Assembly (NCBI GenBank): GCA_965247115.1
Contig: CBDFGR010000002.1
Span: forward strand, 1,504,001-1,568,000
Direction of reading: 5' to 3'
Origin: Myxococcota bacterium
GTDB lineage: Bacteria; Myxococcota_A; UBA9160; SZUA-336
Length of the DNA stretch: 64,000 nucleotides
Shown: piece by piece, positions 59,264-64,000 of the stretch
Numbering within the stretch: the stretch's first letter is position 1
Layout of the letters: every line of letters begins with the position of its first letter
The notes under the pieces: model-generated
The model's input: only the letters and a program-made list of their open reading frames with translations
The model's database searches: none
What the model was told of the DNA's origin: nothing
Made by a program: the position numbers and the translations under genes

Positions 59264-60505
59264 CTAGGCGGTCAGCAGACCCCGGTAGAAGTAGAAGAAG
59301 AAGATCGCGAGTCCCGCGCCCACGGGCAGGGTCACCACCCACGCCAGAACGATGGTTCCGATCACCCGAAAGTCGATCGCGGCGATCCCTCGCGCGAGCC
59401 CCACCCCGAGAACGGCGCCGACGAGAGTGTGGGTCGTCGAGACGGGCAGGCCGAAGCGGCTGGCAATCACGATCGTGGTCGCGGCGGCGAACTCCGCTGC
59501 ATAGCCGCGGGTCGGGGTGAGCTCGGTGATTTTCTCTCCGATCGTGAGCATCACGCGGTAGCCGAGAGTCGCGAGCCCCACGACGATACCAGCGCCTCCG
59601 ACCAGCAACAGCCAGCCTGGAACGGGCGACTCGGCCTCGATGAGGCCCCCCTGAGCCGTCTCGATTACCGCCGCCATGGGCCCGATCGCATTCGCCACGT
59701 CGTTGGAGCCGTGCGCGAAAGCCACGGCGCAGGCGCTCATCACCTGCAATGAGCCGAACATGCGCTCGACCGTAGCAAAGTGGAAGCTGCGATCAGCGTT
59801 CGGGTCGGGCTGAAGCCGGCGCAGCAGCAGGGCCGCAACAACCGCCCCGAGCACCCCGAGAACCCCGGTAATGGTCAGGGCCTGCGGCAGGCTGAAGTCA
59901 TTCCAGTTCTTCAGACCCTTGAACAATGTCACCATGCCGATCACCGCGATCACGGCAAAGACGTACAGCGGTCCCCACCTCTTAACCTCCCGCACAGGAT
60001 CTTCGCGATCCAGGATCAACCAGCGGGTACCCGTGAAGATGATGAAGGCCAGAGAGCCGGACAGAAGCGGCGAGACGACCCACGACACCGTGATCCGGCC
60101 GAGCTTGGCCCACTCCACGGCATCCCAGCCCAGCGCGACCGCTCCGAATCCCGCAATGGCCCCGACGATCGAGTGCGTCGTGGACACGGGCCAGCCTAGA
60201 CGCGACGCGATGAGGAGCCAGGTGCCGGCGGCCGTAAGGGCCGCGAGCATCCCGGCGATCAGCACGTCCGGACGTTCTCCGACCACTGCCGGATCCAGGA
60301 TCCCGCCTCGGATCGTCTTTGTGACGTGCCCACCGACGAGGTACGCGCCGGCGAACTCGAGGACGGCGGCGACGACGATCGCCTGCCGGATGGTCAGCGC
60401 GCGCGAGCCGACCGACGTTCCCATGGCGTTCGCGACATCGTTGGCGCCGATCGAGAACGCAGTATAGAGACCGAGCGCAATCGCCAGACCAATGACGAGG
60501 TCCAA
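59264..60505 (-). CDS. inorganic phosphate transporter (PiT family)
   Basis: GANDVANAMGTSVGS, PVSTTH (twice), HGSNDVANA. Confidence 0.95.
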   Translation of the reverse strand: MDLVIGLAIALGLYTAFSIGANDVANAMGTSVGSRALTIRQAIVVAAVLEFAGAYLVGGHVTKTIRGGILDPAVVGERPDVLIAGMLAALTAAGTWLLIASRLGWPVSTTHSIVGAIAGFGAVALGWDAVEWAKLGRITVSWVVSPLLSGSLAFIIFTGTRWLILDREDPVREVKRWGPLYVFAVIAVIGMVTLFKGLKNWNDFSLPQALTITGVLGVLGAVVAALLLRRLQPDPNADRSFHFATVERMFGSLQVMSACAVAFAHGSNDVANAIGPMAAVIETAQGGLIEAESPVPGWLLLVGGAGIVVGLATLGYRVMLTIGEKITELTPTRGYAAEFAAATTIVIASRFGLPVSTTHTLVGAVLGVGLARGIAAIDFRVIGTIVLAWVVTLPVGAGLAIFFFYFYRGLLTA

Positions 60506-60606
60506 CTCTTCCCCCTCCTGGAGAACTCGGCGCCAACTTACCCGATTGCCCTTTCGTAGGAAAGCTCGCTCAGCAGAGCCGACTTGCCTGGGCTACTGTC
60601 AGGGCA

Positions 60607-61386
60607 ATGGGCGCGCTCGGCTCGTTTACGTCCCTCATACGTAGTATCGCCTGCTGGCCGCTGATCGTGCTGTCCACGCTGTACTACTGCACCACCGCGA
60701 TCATCATGGCGTTGCGGGGCCGGACCCCCGAAGACATTCACCGCGCCTACCTTGGCTTTGCAAGGCTCTGCATGCGCGTGGCGGACACACGTATGACAAT
60801 CCACGGCGCAGAGCAGCTCGGTCCGGATGAAGCATACGTCGTGGTGTCGAACCATGAGAGCAACTGGGACTCGCCTATACTCATCGCAGCGTTTCCACAG
60901 CTCTGCATCAGGTTCGTGGCAAAGAAACAGCTGCTGCAGATCCCGGTCTTCGGTCGGGCGCTTCGAGTCTCGGGCAACATCATCGTCGACAGGGATCGAC
61001 GCGGTACGGACCTGAAGCGGATCGATCAGCAGATGAGCGTTCGCGCCTCGAACGTGTCGATCCTGTTCTTCGCCGAGGGCCGACGATCGCGCGACGGGTC
61101 TTTCCACGCCTTCAAGATGGGAGCCTTTGCCACTGCACTCTCGCACGGGCTCCCGATCTTGCCAGTGGCCGTTGCGGGCCCGCGGAGGCTATGGCCCCCA
61201 GGAGGCCTGAGGATTCGGCCGGGTCCGGTGGCGATCGAGGTAGGCGCGCCCATTCCGGTAGACGGACTCGAGTTCGCTGATCGGCAGGCACTTCGCGACC
61301 AGACGCGTGAGCTCATCGGCAAGCTTCGCGCGCGAGCCCGAGAGCGGCTGCGCGACATGGACGTGGACCCCGGGGGGATCGATTAG
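60607..61386 (+). CDS. lysophospholipid acyltransferase (PlsC-like)
   Basis: NHESNWD (HxxxxD), FVAKK, FAEGRRS, FKMGAF. Confidence 0.9.
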   Translation: MGALGSFTSLIRSIACWPLIVLSTLYYCTTAIIMALRGRTPEDIHRAYLGFARLCMRVADTRMTIHGAEQLGPDEAYVVVSNHESNWDSPILIAAFPQLCIRFVAKKQLLQIPVFGRALRVSGNIIVDRDRRGTDLKRIDQQMSVRASNVSILFFAEGRRSRDGSFHAFKMGAFATALSHGLPILPVAVAGPRRLWPPGGLRIRPGPVAIEVGAPIPVDGLEFADRQALRDQTRELIGKLRARARERLRDMDVDPGGID

Positions 61387-61402
61387 GGTAGAATCCGGCC
61401 CC

Positions 61403-62260
61403 ATGCAGCCCAGCACCCGTCGCGCTCCCGGCAAGGACGGCATAGAGATCAACGTCATCGAGTGGAGTACCGCAGGTACGCCACTCGTCTTCGTTCACGG
61501 GTTTGGCAACGACGCACATGTATGGGACGACATCGCTCCGATCATGGCGCCCCACTACCGTGTGGTCTGCCTCGATCTGCGCGGACATGGTGATTCCGGA
61601 CGCGATCCCGACGCTGACTACCACCCGGACAGCATGGCTACCGACCTGGAGTGTGTCTTCGATTCGCTTGGCATCGAACGGCTGGTGCTCGTCGGTCACT
61701 CGCTGGGCGGACGCGTCTCGATGCACTACGCCGGACGCAACCTGGAGAGGCTGGCCGGACTCGTGATCGTCGATACGGGACCGGAGCACGATCCGCGCGG
61801 AGCCACGCGGATCAGCATGGACATCCAGCAGAGCTCGCACAGCTATGACTCGATCCGGGAATACGAGCGGGTACTCGTCCGCCAGTACCCCGTAACGCCG
61901 CCGGAGGCACTGTCTCGCCTGGCCAGGGAGTGGCTACGCGAGCGTCCGGACGGGCGCTTCGAGCTGAAGCTCGATCCGAACCTGATGAAGGGGCGCGCAC
62001 GTGCCTCGGAGCCGGAGCAGGAGAAGCGCTCCCGCGAGGATACGGAGTTGCTGTGGGAGACGCTGAAGAAGCTGCCCTGCCCCACCCTGGTAGTGCGTGG
62101 CGCGGCTTCGGACATTCTGGATGCGGATACCGCGGACAGGATGGTGGACGAGGCAATTCCGAATGGGAAGTTGGCGGTGATCGGGCGTGCCGGGCATTCG
62201 GTGATGCTGGATAACCCGGGGGAGTTCGAGAAGGTTTTTTGCGACTTCGTGTTGGGGTGA
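61403..62260 (+). CDS. alpha/beta hydrolase
   Basis: HGFG, DLRGHGDS, GHSLG nucleophile elbow, AGHSV. Confidence 0.9.
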   Translation: MQPSTRRAPGKDGIEINVIEWSTAGTPLVFVHGFGNDAHVWDDIAPIMAPHYRVVCLDLRGHGDSGRDPDADYHPDSMATDLECVFDSLGIERLVLVGHSLGGRVSMHYAGRNLERLAGLVIVDTGPEHDPRGATRISMDIQQSSHSYDSIREYERVLVRQYPVTPPEALSRLAREWLRERPDGRFELKLDPNLMKGRARASEPEQEKRSREDTELLWETLKKLPCPTLVVRGAASDILDADTADRMVDEAIPNGKLAVIGRAGHSVMLDNPGEFEKVFCDFVLG

Positions 62261-62264
62261 GGTC

Positions 62265-63626
62265 CTAGGTCGTTTCGTCGGAGGCGTCGCTCTCAGGTGG
62301 TTGTGGGGGTGGACGAGGGGGTGTTGGGAGGCGGGTTAGGATTAGCATGGCCAGGGTGGCCGCTATGCCGGAGGCGGCGAGGATTCCGACTTTGGCTGCG
62401 TCCAGGGTGGAGGCGTCCAGCGCGAGGCCCGCGATGAAGAGGGCCATCGTGAAGCCGATGCCTGCCAGCAGGCCTCCACCGAGGAGGGCTGCCCAGCCAA
62501 CGCCCTCGGGCAGCGCGGCTAAACCGAAGCGGATTGCGAGCCAGCTAAAGAGCAGGATGCCGAGCGGCTTGCCGACCACAAGGCCCGCGGCAACCGCGAT
62601 CGCGACCGGGTCGCCAAAGTCGGAGAGCGAAATCGCCACGCCGGCATTGGCTAGCGCGAACAACGGCATGATGATGAAGCTCACCCAGGGATGGAGCACC
62701 AGCTCGATATACTCGAGCGGGGAGACCATCTCTCGTGTAGTGCGGCGCAAGCGCTGCACGCGCGCTGCACGCTTCGACGGGCTCGCCCCCTCCCCGCGCA
62801 GAACCTCCTCGGCACGCCGCAACAGGTTGCCGAAGAACGTCTCGCTCAGATAGGAGCGTGCGGGGGTCAAGAGGCCGAGGATCACGCCGGCGATCGTGGC
62901 GTGCACACCCGACTCGTGAAACGCGACCCAGACCGCCACTCCGCACAGCGAATAGAGCCCGACGGAACGCACTCCGAGCCTCTGGAGGCCCAGGATCAAC
63001 ACGAGCAAGAGGGCCGCCACAACGAGCGCGCCCAGGTGAATCGCCTCGGTGTAGCCGACAGCGATCACCAGGATCGCCCCAATGTCGTCTGCGATCGCCA
63101 GCGAGAGGATTAACACGCGGAACCCGCGCGGTATGCGCGAGCCGAGCAGCGCGAGACAGCCCACGACGAAGGCAATGTCGGTCGCCATCGGAATGCCCCA
63201 GCCGGATTGCCCGGGCTCGCCGAGCTGGAGCAACAGATAGAGCGAGGCAGGCGCGATCATCCCGCCGAGCGCGGCTGCGATAGGCAGGCTCGCCGCGCGC
63301 AGGTTACGCAGCTCGCCGATCACGAGCTCGCGCTTGACCTCGAGCCCGATCACGAAAAAGAAGATCGCCATCAGACCATCGTTGATCCAGTGCTGCAGGG
63401 AGTGGTGCATCTCGAGCGATCCGACGACGAAGCCCAACGGTGTGCTCCAGAAGGCCAGGAAGCCATCGGCGGCGGGAGAGTTGGCGAGCACGAGCGCAAC
63501 GAGCGTCGCCGCGAGAAGCACGAATCCGCTCGCGGCCTCCACGTGAAGGAAGCGATCGAACGGTGCTACCAGGCGATGGATGGGCTCCCGGGGCAGCTCG
63601 ATTCGATCGGAGGACGGCTGGGCCAT
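62265..63626 (-). CDS. nhaA: Na+/H+ antiporter NhaA
   Basis: WINDGLMAIFF, GLEVKRE, GWGIPMATDIAF, LAIADD, GIGFTM. Confidence 0.95.
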   Translation of the reverse strand: MAQPSSDRIELPREPIHRLVAPFDRFLHVEAASGFVLLAATLVALVLANSPAADGFLAFWSTPLGFVVGSLEMHHSLQHWINDGLMAIFFFVIGLEVKRELVIGELRNLRAASLPIAAALGGMIAPASLYLLLQLGEPGQSGWGIPMATDIAFVVGCLALLGSRIPRGFRVLILSLAIADDIGAILVIAVGYTEAIHLGALVVAALLLVLILGLQRLGVRSVGLYSLCGVAVWVAFHESGVHATIAGVILGLLTPARSYLSETFFGNLLRRAEEVLRGEGASPSKRAARVQRLRRTTREMVSPLEYIELVLHPWVSFIIMPLFALANAGVAISLSDFGDPVAIAVAAGLVVGKPLGILLFSWLAIRFGLAALPEGVGWAALLGGGLLAGIGFTMALFIAGLALDASTLDAAKVGILAASGIAATLAMLILTRLPTPPRPPPQPPESDASDETT

Positions 63627-63634
63627 CTTCGCGG

Positions 63635-64000
63635 CTACGGGGCGGGGACTTCTTCTATAGGCTCGTCGATGTCGTCGTATTCGAGGCGGAGGGCCCGGCT
63701 CATGGTTGCGTGGAGGGCATAGGTGCAGATGACGTAGGTGAGCTCGAGGATGGTCTCGTCGGAGAGTTCCGCTTGGAGGGCAGAGAACGTGCCGTCGGAG
63801 ACGCGGCCTCCGGAAAGGACCAGGGCGTCTGAGTAGGAGAGGACGGCGCGTTCCAGCGGGGAGTAGTGCTCGGAGGTGGTCCAGGAGGGGATGTCACGGA
63901 TCTGGTTCTCGCTGAGACCTACTGCGCGGGCGGCCTTGCAGTGCTGGGAGTAGACGAATTTGCTGGCGCCGCCGAAGCCGGCGCGCAGGATGCCGAGCTC
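63635..64000 (-). CDS. carboxymuconolactone decarboxylase/AhpD-like protein (partial, 5' end outside window)
   Basis: Open frame ELGILRAG..FVYSQHCKAARAVGLSE..YSPLERAVLSYSDALV..GRVSD..ILELTYVI; not in ORF track. Confidence 0.8.
   Translation of the reverse strand, partial: ELGILRAGFGGASKFVYSQHCKAARAVGLSENQIRDIPSWTTSEHYSPLERAVLSYSDALVLSGGRVSDGTFSALQAELSDETILELTYVICTYALHATMSRALRLEYDDIDEPIEEVPAP

Overview
GC-rich bacterial chromosomal window (by eye about two-thirds G+C). Gene content suggests a Myxococcota/deltaproteobacterial-type organism; this is an inference. It is mostly housekeeping: pncB, korAB, rsmE, glyQS, frmA, aspS, argB/F/G, hslUV-xerC-trmFO-dprA, valS, ugd, ligA, rsmI, rplS-trmD-rimM-rpsP, tsaC-purD-alr, thiSGE, three tandem HtrA proteases, PiT and nhaA. 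Several things are not captured by the ORF track. (1) A ~90-bp three-hairpin REP-like element occurs in 11 full copies at 8 loci, with compensatory stem changes, and five copies start just after stop codons. (2) An exactly 300-bp array of this element is inserted in frame inside purD. (3) A RAYT-like HUH/Y1 transposase lies beside a scrambled IS481 remnant. (4) A SelW/Rdx selenoprotein gene (CxxU, UGA plus SECIS-like hairpin) is missed by the ORF caller. (5) A recurrent sigma-28-like promoter motif precedes c-di-GMP, pilus-related and chaperone genes. (6) A J-domain/lidless Hsp70/TPR cassette sits inside the arg cluster, and its TPR gene carries a nonsense codon. (7) pncA is truncated. No rRNA, tRNA or CRISPR array was recognised. 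All calls rest on motif recognition by eye; no searches were run.
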